A DNA stretch of 30,934 bases from a bacterium. Lineage in GTDB: Bacteria > Babelota > Babeliae > Babelales > JAUWHS01. The stretch is from positions 1-30,934 of the forward strand of contig JBDRFY010000027.1 in the NCBI GenBank assembly GCA_043818275.1, written 5' to 3'. This document shows positions 9,731 through 17,186 of the stretch, piece after piece. Below the pieces are notes generated by a model. It was not told the DNA's origin. It saw only the letters and a program-made list of their open reading frames with translations, and ran no database searches. Positions within the stretch are counted from its first letter, which is position 1. The number at the start of each line of letters is the position of its first letter. A program made the position numbers and the translations under genes.

Positions 9731-11318
9731 AAATGTGAATTGTATCCCAAAAGTCTTCGTCGTTATTAATATTATTGGCATCTCTGAAAAGAGAATAAAT
9801 TGAATCAATTATTCCAAGCGCAACATTATAAGGTTTGTCGATTAATAATTTTTTGATCCATCCTGATCTGTTTCCTGTTTCAGGATATTTTTGCAAATAA
9901 ACAATTTCATTCAACCATTCTGATTCATCAGTTTTATTTTTTATTTTATTTTTGATTACCTGAGAAATAATATTTTGTGTGTTTACAACCATCGTTGCCA
10001 TTGAATTGCAAATGTTTTCAAATTCTTCTTCTGAGTATGAAAAATCCATAGTGCCCATTTCAATTGGATTTTTAAAATGGATTATTGTTGGAGCATTTTT
10101 TTCTTCGTAAATAAAAATAGAATCATTTATTTTTTTGCAATTTTCCAAATTTGGAAAAGGAATATTTCTTTGTTTTGCATATTCTTCAGCTTTAGCTAAT
10201 TGATTTTCTTCTCCAGCGGAAGCGTCACAAACTAAAAAAATGTCTATATTTCGGTTCATTTTTAAAAGTGGTGGAAATGGCAAATTAAAATGCATACCAG
10301 CATCAACCAGAATTAATTTTTCTTGGTCTGCAAAAAATGAATTTTCTATTCCGTAAGAAAAGTTATTTATTTTTGCATCAAGAAATCTTTGATTTGTTAA
10401 ATTTAATCCTGTTTGTTTTTCTATTTGTTGTAAAACATTGGTTGTCTTATCAATTATTTCAGAATCAGTATGAATTTCAGCATCCTGAATTGTAATACTA
10501 TAAGCACTTCCAAAAAGGCCCATAAAGGATCCAAGAGTTTCTTCGGGATAAGAATGAATACAATTTCCGTTTTCAAATTTACTTTCAAAATAACTTGTAG
10601 GAATAAAACCACCTAAAACATCACAGCCCGCGGTGTAAGGATTAATTTCAAGCCATTCATAATTTTGGGCTCCACTATTGGTTATTACATTTGTAAAAAT
10701 AGGAAAAGGAAATATTTTATTTTTATTTAAATGATTGCGAATATTTCTAAATGTTAAATTTTGTTCTTTTCCGTTAAAATTTTCCATGAGACGTGAAATT
10801 AAAACGCTTCCATAAAAATCGGATGGTTGAATATTTTCGTTGTAAGAAAATTTTTGCAACAAAATTTTTGCAACATTATCAATATTATTTACCTGATAAA
10901 TGTCAAAAATATTTCGAGTCATTTTATCTTTTAAATATTCTTTTAAACTTTCGATATTATTTAAACCAAGCGCGAGTAAAATTGCGGTTGTCCAGGTTGA
11001 ACCTGATAGAACGGATAAATATCTTGTAGCGTTAATTAAATTTATTTGTTGTGCGCCAAGTAAAAAACCCAAAGTTGAAGTCATTGCCCGACATCCACCA
11101 CCACTGCAAACAAAAGCGATTGTTGGCAAATCTTCATCGGATATATTTTGATCATTTATAAAATTTCTTATTCCATTCTTTTCAACAGTTAATCTTTTTT
11201 GCAGATAATCACGTTCCCAGCAACTTGGAATAAGAGATGTATCGACGGATACGTTTGGATAGATTTTGTAAAAGGTTAGAATTGTTAAGAATAATAAAAT
11301 GTTTTTCTGTTTTTTCAT
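9729..11318 (-). CDS. Secreted cPLA2/phospholipase B (lysophospholipase catalytic domain) paralogue 1
   Basis: Signal-peptide-like N-terminus; SGGGCRA, LSGSTW, WLEINPY, FMGLFGSAYS and LVDAGMHFNLPFPPLL. Confidence 0.88.
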   Translation of the reverse strand: MKKQKNILLFLTILTFYKIYPNVSVDTSLIPSCWERDYLQKRLTVEKNGIRNFINDQNISDEDLPTIAFVCSGGGCRAMTSTLGFLLGAQQINLINATRYLSVLSGSTWTTAILLALGLNNIESLKEYLKDKMTRNIFDIYQVNNIDNVAKILLQKFSYNENIQPSDFYGSVLISRLMENFNGKEQNLTFRNIRNHLNKNKIFPFPIFTNVITNSGAQNYEWLEINPYTAGCDVLGGFIPTSYFESKFENGNCIHSYPEETLGSFMGLFGSAYSITIQDAEIHTDSEIIDKTTNVLQQIEKQTGLNLTNQRFLDAKINNFSYGIENSFFADQEKLILVDAGMHFNLPFPPLLKMNRNIDIFLVCDASAGEENQLAKAEEYAKQRNIPFPNLENCKKINDSIFIYEEKNAPTIIHFKNPIEMGTMDFSYSEEEFENICNSMATMVVNTQNIISQVIKNKIKNKTDESEWLNEIVYLQKYPETGNRSGWIKKLLIDKPYNVALGIIDSIYSLFRDANNINNDEDFWDTIHI

Positions 11319-11372
11319 GAGATTCTCCTTTTTGGTTAAAACGTTGTTTTCTTATTTTTTAATTTGAAAATA

Positions 11373-11533
11373 ATATCTCACTCCGTTCGCCCTGAGGAGC
11401 GTAATCTCGAGTGAAACGAGAGATGTAGCGTCTCGAAGGGTAATCCAAATAAAAAAATTAAAATTTATTAGGAAAAACCCTTCGAGACGAAATTTTTATA
11501 AAATTTCTCCTCAGGGCGAACGGAGTGAGATAT
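11373..11533. repeat. Family B cruciform REP/MITE-like element
   Basis: 27-bp perfect inverted repeat (11373-11399/11507-11533), 13-bp inner inverted repeat (11429-11441/11477-11489), and a side hairpin in each arm; homologous to 23224-23358. Confidence 0.9.
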
Positions 11534-11572
11534 AAATTTATGTATATCAAATAACAATTTCTTAACTTTGGT

Positions 11573-11595
11573 TTGTTCTAAATTTATTTCAGGAT
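11573..11595 (+). repeat. Degenerate family A palindrome
   Basis: ttgttctaaatttatttcaggat versus tcatcctgaacttgtttcaggat: 17/23 identical, and all six differences are transitions. Confidence 0.5.
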
Positions 11596-11682
11596 ACACA
11601 TTCATTGAATTCAACATTTTTTTCAACTAAGAAAATATGCCCAGAAAACAATTGTTTTGAAAAGAATTTAAAAATAAAAAAC

Positions 11683-11711
11683 AAAAAAGGCTGGTAAATT
11701 TACCAGCCTTT
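11683..11711 (-). terminator. Intrinsic terminator of phospholipase paralogue 2
   Basis: Perfect palindrome aaaggctggtaaatttaccagccttt with a U-tract on the minus strand, 25 nt after the stop codon. Confidence 0.85.
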
Positions 11712-11736
11712 AATTTGAAAAGGATTTACTTAATTA

Positions 11737-13281
11737 TTAACAACAACCAATCTTGCTAAACAATTTTGCAATTCTTGATCCGCTCCTTGCAACAATATTT
11801 GGTTGACTTGTGTTTTCTATGTATGGAATTTCAACTTGTTCTACTTCATCATTTATCCATGATGATTCTTGTACATTTCCAACTTTGTTTCTGATTTCCA
11901 TGCGAATTACATTTTTTGCTTTTTCTACCATTGTTTGCATTACGCAACTTAGGTGTAAAAATTCTTGTTTTGAATATGTGAAATCTATTGTTGAATGTTC
12001 AATTGGATTTTTGAAATAGATAACTGTTGGGGTGCCGTTTTCTTTTAAAACTTCAAATGTAAGAGTTTCAGAATCAATATCAATTTCATATTTAGTTGAT
12101 TTAGTTGGAAATGGAATATTATTTTCTATAGCGTAATTTATGACATGATTTAATTGTCCATTATCCGCTGAAGCATCACAAACAATAAAAACATCAATGT
12201 TTCTGTTTAAATTAAATAGAGGTGGAAATGGTAAATTAAAAGCCATTCCTGCATCAACTAATTCTAACGTTTCTGCTTTACCTAATGTTGTATTCAATCT
12301 ATATGTAAAATTATTCATTTTTGCTTCAAGAAATCGATGTTGCGATGGATCAACAAAAGGGAGTTTATCAAGTTTCTTTAAAATTGAATTTACTAAATCT
12401 AATGCTGAAATACTTGTATGACCCGCTGCATCTTGTGAAGTTACACAGTAAGCGCTTCCAAAAAGGCCTAGCCATTCGGCAAGGGAACTTTCGGGATAAC
12501 CATTTTTAAGTTCTCCGTTTCTGAATTTACTTTCAAAGAAATTTGTCTGAACAAATGCGCCAAGATGTGGACTACCAGTTGTGTAAGGATTTACTTCAAG
12601 CCATTTGTAATTTCCTACCCCTTCATTTGTTATAGCAGCGTTAAAAATTGGAAAAGGAAAAAAAGTGGTTAAATTTAATAAATTTCTTATTTCTTTAAAT
12701 GTGATATCTAATTCTGCGCCATGTAAATCACTCATAAGTCTGTGCATAACAACCATTCCCCAGATATCCGATGGTTGAATTTTTTCTCTATTTAATATTT
12801 TTGCGCTTATTTTTGATAGCATGTCATCTGAAACTTTAACATCATCTCCATCCAAAAGTCCTTCATTTGCTCTGGCTTGAACGTATTGAGCAAATTTATT
12901 TAAATCAGGAGTTTCATCCATTATTACTTTTGTCAAAAAAGTTCCAAGCATCCATGTTGAACCTGAAAGAACAGATGCATATCTAATTCCATCTAAAAGA
13001 CCAATTTCTTGCAAACCTAACATTGTTCCTAAAAAAGCAATGTGCGCGCGCATACCGCCGCCGCTTCCAACAAGTGCTATTTTGGGTAAAGAGCTGTATT
13101 CAGCATTATTTTTTCCAGTGAATATTTTTATAGATTCCTTTTCCTTTTGAAGTCTTTTGTTTATGTAATTTTGTTCCCAAACGCTGGGCATATCAGCACG
13201 GTGTAAAAGTTGCATTGAATAACACGTTTGTGTAATAAAGATTATCTGAAACAAAAGTTTCAGTATTTTTTGACTTTTCAT
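11737..13281 (-). CDS. Secreted cPLA2/phospholipase B paralogue 2
   Basis: Signal-peptide-like N-terminus; SGGGMRA, LSGSTW, WLEVNPY, LGLFGSAY and LVDAGMAFNLPFPPLF. Confidence 0.88.
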   Translation of the reverse strand: MKSQKILKLLFQIIFITQTCYSMQLLHRADMPSVWEQNYINKRLQKEKESIKIFTGKNNAEYSSLPKIALVGSGGGMRAHIAFLGTMLGLQEIGLLDGIRYASVLSGSTWMLGTFLTKVIMDETPDLNKFAQYVQARANEGLLDGDDVKVSDDMLSKISAKILNREKIQPSDIWGMVVMHRLMSDLHGAELDITFKEIRNLLNLTTFFPFPIFNAAITNEGVGNYKWLEVNPYTTGSPHLGAFVQTNFFESKFRNGELKNGYPESSLAEWLGLFGSAYCVTSQDAAGHTSISALDLVNSILKKLDKLPFVDPSQHRFLEAKMNNFTYRLNTTLGKAETLELVDAGMAFNLPFPPLFNLNRNIDVFIVCDASADNGQLNHVINYAIENNIPFPTKSTKYEIDIDSETLTFEVLKENGTPTVIYFKNPIEHSTIDFTYSKQEFLHLSCVMQTMVEKAKNVIRMEIRNKVGNVQESSWINDEVEQVEIPYIENTSQPNIVARSGSRIAKLFSKIGCC

Positions 13282-13362
13282 GACCCTTCCCCCCGGAATA
13301 GTTTAGAAAAAATACTAACTAAAGTATTTTATACAAAAAATGGGGGGTAAGAATCAACAAAA

Positions 13363-15273
13363 TTAATTGATTGAATAATATCCTTCGAATTCTTGGTCTA
13401 ATCCAACACAGGATTTAATTGTGGACCCTAAAAAGCTTCTAAATTGTTTAAATTTCGATGGAGAATCAAATTCAAAACCTTCAAACCAATTATTTGTATT
13501 CATTTTATTTTTAATTGCGTCAATTATCGCTGTTCTGTTATTTGTAACCATCATTTCAATTGTTCCGCAAACTTTTTCAAATTCATCTTCAGAGTAATCA
13601 AATTTTAAGGTTGATTCTGGTGTGTAGCATGGAAAGTAAACAATTGTTGGAATATTTGAATTATCATCTTCAAAAACAGAAATTTTATAAGTTTGATCTG
13701 GTGTTGAAAAGGAATAAATTTTAGGATTTTTCAATGATGGAAAAGGTAAATTATAATTTTGGGCATAATCTGCCATCTCTTTTAATTCTGGATAACCGGA
13801 TTTTGTCGAATCACCAGCAGCATCACAAACAATAAAAATATCAACGTTTCGGTTTTGTGTGTAAAGCGGAATAAAAGGTGAATTTATCATGCTCATCCCG
13901 CCATCAGCGACAGTTATTTTTTTTGAATTTTCCAACGGATATCCTTGCATGTTGTACATAAAATTATCAACATTTGCCCGCAACACCCGATCTTTGTAAA
14001 GTTTTAATTTTACTGCAACCCAACTTACAAAACTTTTAAACCATTCAGATTTAGAATTTTCTGCGATTTCATTTAAAATGTCAGCTAGTCCAAATGAATA
14101 AGCGCTACCAAAAATTCCAAAAAATGAACCTAGACTTTCTTCAGGGAATAATTTTTGGCTATAACTTTGATTAAATGGACTTTCAAAATAATTTGTTTGT
14201 ATAAATCCACCAAAATTTGAAGAAAAATCTACAAAACCCGTTGTATATGGATTTGTTTCCATGCAAATATATGGCCAGCAATTGCAAATATCCATTGTAA
14301 AAAGTGGAAATGGGGACGCAATAGAATTATTTAATGTATTTCTGGCAAGTTCAAATGTTATATCTTGTTCTGCGCCATCTAATTTTAAAGGTTTAAACAG
14401 ACGGTCTACTAAAATTGAGCCCCATAAATCTGAAGGTTGAACCGAGCCTTCATTATTTAAAAATTTTTGTAATAAATGTTGTTCAATTGCAGACACATTT
14501 AAAGTTTTCATATTCCAAAAAGTTTGCTGGGTTACAGTTTGTTTTAAATAGTTTTTCATAGCTTGCAAATAACCTTCAATTGTTTGCGGCTGAAATTGTA
14601 AATAATTATTTAGAGTTAACATCAATCCTAAAAACCAGGTTGATCCGGAAAGGGTAGAAATATAACTTGTCGCGTCAATTAATGAAGATCCATTTTTTGT
14701 AATTTGTGATGCGCCAATCATAAAACCGAGTGACATTATCATTGCGCGATAACCACCGCCACTAAAAACAAAAGCTATTTTTGGTGGATTTTGTTCGTTT
14801 AAAGAATCGAAAGAACCATAATTATATAAATTTGTATTTGTGTTACCGGTCAAATTATTAATTGCATATTTTATGGTTTGTTGCTTTTTCGAAAGATAAT
14901 CTTTTTCCCATAGGCTTTGCTGTAGGCTTATATCAACTTGCGAGGAATTATTTATTGGTGCGGATAAATTAAATTTTGGGTGAAAATCTTGCAAATAGTT
15001 TATTTTTCTGGATCTAAATTTTCTTTTCTTATGATATAGGCTGTAAATTTCATGTTGGGCATATGGTTTAATTTTGTTTAAAAGATTTTTTGCTACAAGA
15101 TAAACATCGTCCTTTAAAATTGGATAAGCTTCTTGTGCCAAATGAATAATTTCCGGAGCAGATGCGGCAGCCAATTCTGTGCCAGCAAAAATAAATGGGG
15201 CAAATTGAGGTTTAATTTGATGAAAAAATAAAAGAGATGAAAAAACAAAAAATAAAAAATTAAATTTTTTCAC
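13363..15273 (-). CDS. Secreted cPLA2/phospholipase B paralogue 3, with an N-terminal extension
   Basis: GTG start after AAAGGA; signal-peptide-like N-terminus; SGGGYRA, LSGSTW, FFGIFGSAYS and VADGGM. Confidence 0.88.
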   Translation of the reverse strand: MKKFNFLFFVFSSLLFFHQIKPQFAPFIFAGTELAAASAPEIIHLAQEAYPILKDDVYLVAKNLLNKIKPYAQHEIYSLYHKKRKFRSRKINYLQDFHPKFNLSAPINNSSQVDISLQQSLWEKDYLSKKQQTIKYAINNLTGNTNTNLYNYGSFDSLNEQNPPKIAFVFSGGGYRAMIMSLGFMIGASQITKNGSSLIDATSYISTLSGSTWFLGLMLTLNNYLQFQPQTIEGYLQAMKNYLKQTVTQQTFWNMKTLNVSAIEQHLLQKFLNNEGSVQPSDLWGSILVDRLFKPLKLDGAEQDITFELARNTLNNSIASPFPLFTMDICNCWPYICMETNPYTTGFVDFSSNFGGFIQTNYFESPFNQSYSQKLFPEESLGSFFGIFGSAYSFGLADILNEIAENSKSEWFKSFVSWVAVKLKLYKDRVLRANVDNFMYNMQGYPLENSKKITVADGGMSMINSPFIPLYTQNRNVDIFIVCDAAGDSTKSGYPELKEMADYAQNYNLPFPSLKNPKIYSFSTPDQTYKISVFEDDNSNIPTIVYFPCYTPESTLKFDYSEDEFEKVCGTIEMMVTNNRTAIIDAIKNKMNTNNWFEGFEFDSPSKFKQFRSFLGSTIKSCVGLDQEFEGYYSIN

Positions 15274-15426
15274 GAATTTCCTTTATTTTTAATTTGTATT
15301 TAAATTTCATTTCAATTTTAAAGATTTGTCGAAAGATCATAAAAATATCAACAGTTTGTAGATTTTTGCGTAGTATACTAAATTGTGTTTGTTTTGAAAA
15401 ATTGGATTTGATTGATATTAATTAAC

Positions 15427-15485
15427 GAGATTCTGAATTAAGTTTCAAACTACGCAAATGCTTTGGTTGACAAGCAGAATGACAA
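15427..15485 (-). repeat. Family A palindrome interrupted by a 30-bp family D hairpin
   Basis: gagattctgaattaagtt [tcaaactacgcaaatgctttggttgacaag] cagaatgacaa; removing the bracketed part restores ATTCTGAA-ttaag-TTCAGAAT-gac. Confidence 0.7.
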
Positions 15486-15504
15486 AAAGGTTATCTATAA
15501 AAAC

Positions 15505-15805
15505 TTGGCATTCTGAATTTGTTTTATTACCGTCCAAAGTGTGTTTGAATAAGCATAAAATATACCACCCGCTCGTCCTGAGCTTGTCGAAGGAAATCGA
15601 GCGGGCAACAAAGTAAAAGAAAATTATTTTAATTAAAAATGATTTTGAATGAGCAGGAAAAAACAATTCAATAACTTTTATGTTTTTAGTTTACCGCTCG
15701 ATATCCTTCTACAAGCTCAGGACGAGCGGGTGGGTAGAACTAAATGTATAATTAAAATATAGATTTTAATTTTTTTGAAAGTTATGAACTCGATTCAGGA
15801 TCTCT
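15505..15805 (+). mobile_element. Composite MITE-like element: split family A palindrome, outer shell and 40-bp inner arms
   Basis: Both junctions match the reverse complement of 23151-23432; inner arms 15565-15604 and 15694-15733 are 38/40 complementary. Confidence 0.75.
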
Positions 15806-15848
15806 AAAAGATTAATTTTTATCCAAATAAAAAGTAATAAGGTGTTTA

Positions 15849-16976
15849 ATGAAAATAGTTCATTTAATTACAAGTTTAAAAATTGGTGGGGCGGAGAGTT
15901 TCTTAGTTTATTTATTGGAAAAAATGATTAACGATGGCAACGAACATATCGTTATTTATTTTTATGATGGTCCGAATGTTGAAAAAATAAAAAAATTAGG
16001 ATTTAAGGTTTTTAAAGTTTCTGGAAGATTTAAACTTTATGATCCCTGGTTTTATTTTAGATTGAAAAATTTAATAAAAAAATTAAAACCGGATTTAATT
16101 CATAGTTCTTTGTGGTCAGCAAATATTTTTGGACGTGTGATCGCTAAAAAATTAAATATTTCAATTGTTTGCGATTTGCATAATGATCCGAAATTTAATG
16201 GAAAAATAAGAAATTTGCTGGAAAGCGCCACGATTAAAATTCCTAAAAAATTTATAGCTGTTTCCGGTTTTGTTGGTAAAACTTTTCAAAGTTATTATCC
16301 ATCTCAAAAAGATAAAATTACGGTAATTCCAAATGGAATTGATTACAAAAATTTACATGGAAAAGTAAAACAAAACAGATTGCAAAAAAGAGATTTGGGT
16401 TTTGGGCAAAATGATTTTGTTATCGGTTCCATTGGTCGGCTTGAACCAATAAAATCTTTTGATGTCTTAATTAAAGTTTTTGCGTTGTTAGTTAATCCGC
16501 CGCAGGCGGTTTGTGTAAACAACATTAAGCTTTGTATTGTTGGTGATGGGACAGAAAAAGAAAAGCTGATTCAATTAACCAAAGATTTACAAATTGACGA
16601 CAAAGTTTTTTTTGTGGGTCAGCGGAGCGACGCGTATTGTTTTTATGAAATTTTTGATTGCTTTGCAATGTCATCTCAGACCGAAGGTTTATCAATTTCT
16701 CTTCTTGAAGCTCTTTGTTTTGGACTTCCGGTTATCACAACGCATCAAAATTTAAAACATGAAGTTATTTCAGATGGAAAACATGGTTTTTTAATTCCAA
16801 ATAAAGATTTCAATTTATTTGCCAAACGATTAAGGCAACTTTATGAAAATCCGGAACTGCGGAACAATATTAGAGAAAATAATTTGAATTTAATAAAAAA
16901 TAATTTTGATATAAGTAATGCTGTGGTGAAATATCAAAATGTGTATAAAACTTACGGATTGAAATCTTTAGGTTAG
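15849..16976 (+). CDS. Glycosyltransferase family 4 (GT-B fold)
   Basis: HLITSLKIGGAE, VIPNGID, GRLEPIK, IVGDG and EGLSISLLEALCFGLPVI (Ex7E). Confidence 0.92.
   Translation: MKIVHLITSLKIGGAESFLVYLLEKMINDGNEHIVIYFYDGPNVEKIKKLGFKVFKVSGRFKLYDPWFYFRLKNLIKKLKPDLIHSSLWSANIFGRVIAKKLNISIVCDLHNDPKFNGKIRNLLESATIKIPKKFIAVSGFVGKTFQSYYPSQKDKITVIPNGIDYKNLHGKVKQNRLQKRDLGFGQNDFVIGSIGRLEPIKSFDVLIKVFALLVNPPQAVCVNNIKLCIVGDGTEKEKLIQLTKDLQIDDKVFFVGQRSDAYCFYEIFDCFAMSSQTEGLSISLLEALCFGLPVITTHQNLKHEVISDGKHGFLIPNKDFNLFAKRLRQLYENPELRNNIRENNLNLIKNNFDISNAVVKYQNVYKTYGLKSLG
16494..16512 (+). repeat. GC-rich mini-palindrome within the GT4 coding sequence
   Basis: aatCCGCC-gca-GGCGGttt, encoding NPPQAV in an otherwise AT-rich gene. 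Confidence 0.55.
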
Positions 16977-17044
16977 ACAAATTAAATCTATTTATTATCA
17001 ATTGAAATTGATTTTCATATTTCGGGGAGCAAGGAAAAAATAAA

Positions 17045-17073
17045 TTGATTTTTGGTCAAGAGTACGTTAAAAT
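17045..17073 (+). promoter_or_regulatory. Putative sigma70 promoter upstream of truA
   Basis: TTGATT (17045-17050), 17-nt spacer, TAAAAT (17068-17073); the AT-rich background weakens the inference. Confidence 0.5.
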
Positions 17074-17122
17074 TTGAGCATAAGTTTGAAAATTAGATTT
17101 TAATACTGAATAACCTCCATTT

Positions 17123-17164
17123 CCCCTGTTCATGCTTCGGCTTGGACGGGGGTTTTCATTTTTT
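17123..17164 (+). terminator. UUCG-capped hairpin with a U-tract (terminator or attenuator)
   Basis: cccctgttca-t-gc-TTCG-gc-t-tggacggggg followed by ttttcattttt; the G-U pairs are valid on the + strand. Confidence 0.7.
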
Positions 17165-17186
17165 AATGTTTTGTGGGTGATTTGAG

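Noticed and set aside
11373..11533. Four-way-junction elements as tRNA or tmRNA genes
   Set aside because: No T-loop or D-loop consensus, anticodon arm or CCA-type end; the stems are far too long.
15467..15501. Perfect TTGACA as a -35 box
   Set aside because: No convincing -10 at 16-18 nt spacing, and the hexamer lies within a repeat insert.
15445..15666. 73-aa ORF, and ORFs 23184..23429 and 23305..23517
   Set aside because: They are translations of the palindromic elements (for example SFDKLRTSG, PSVRPEE), with no RBS or family motif.
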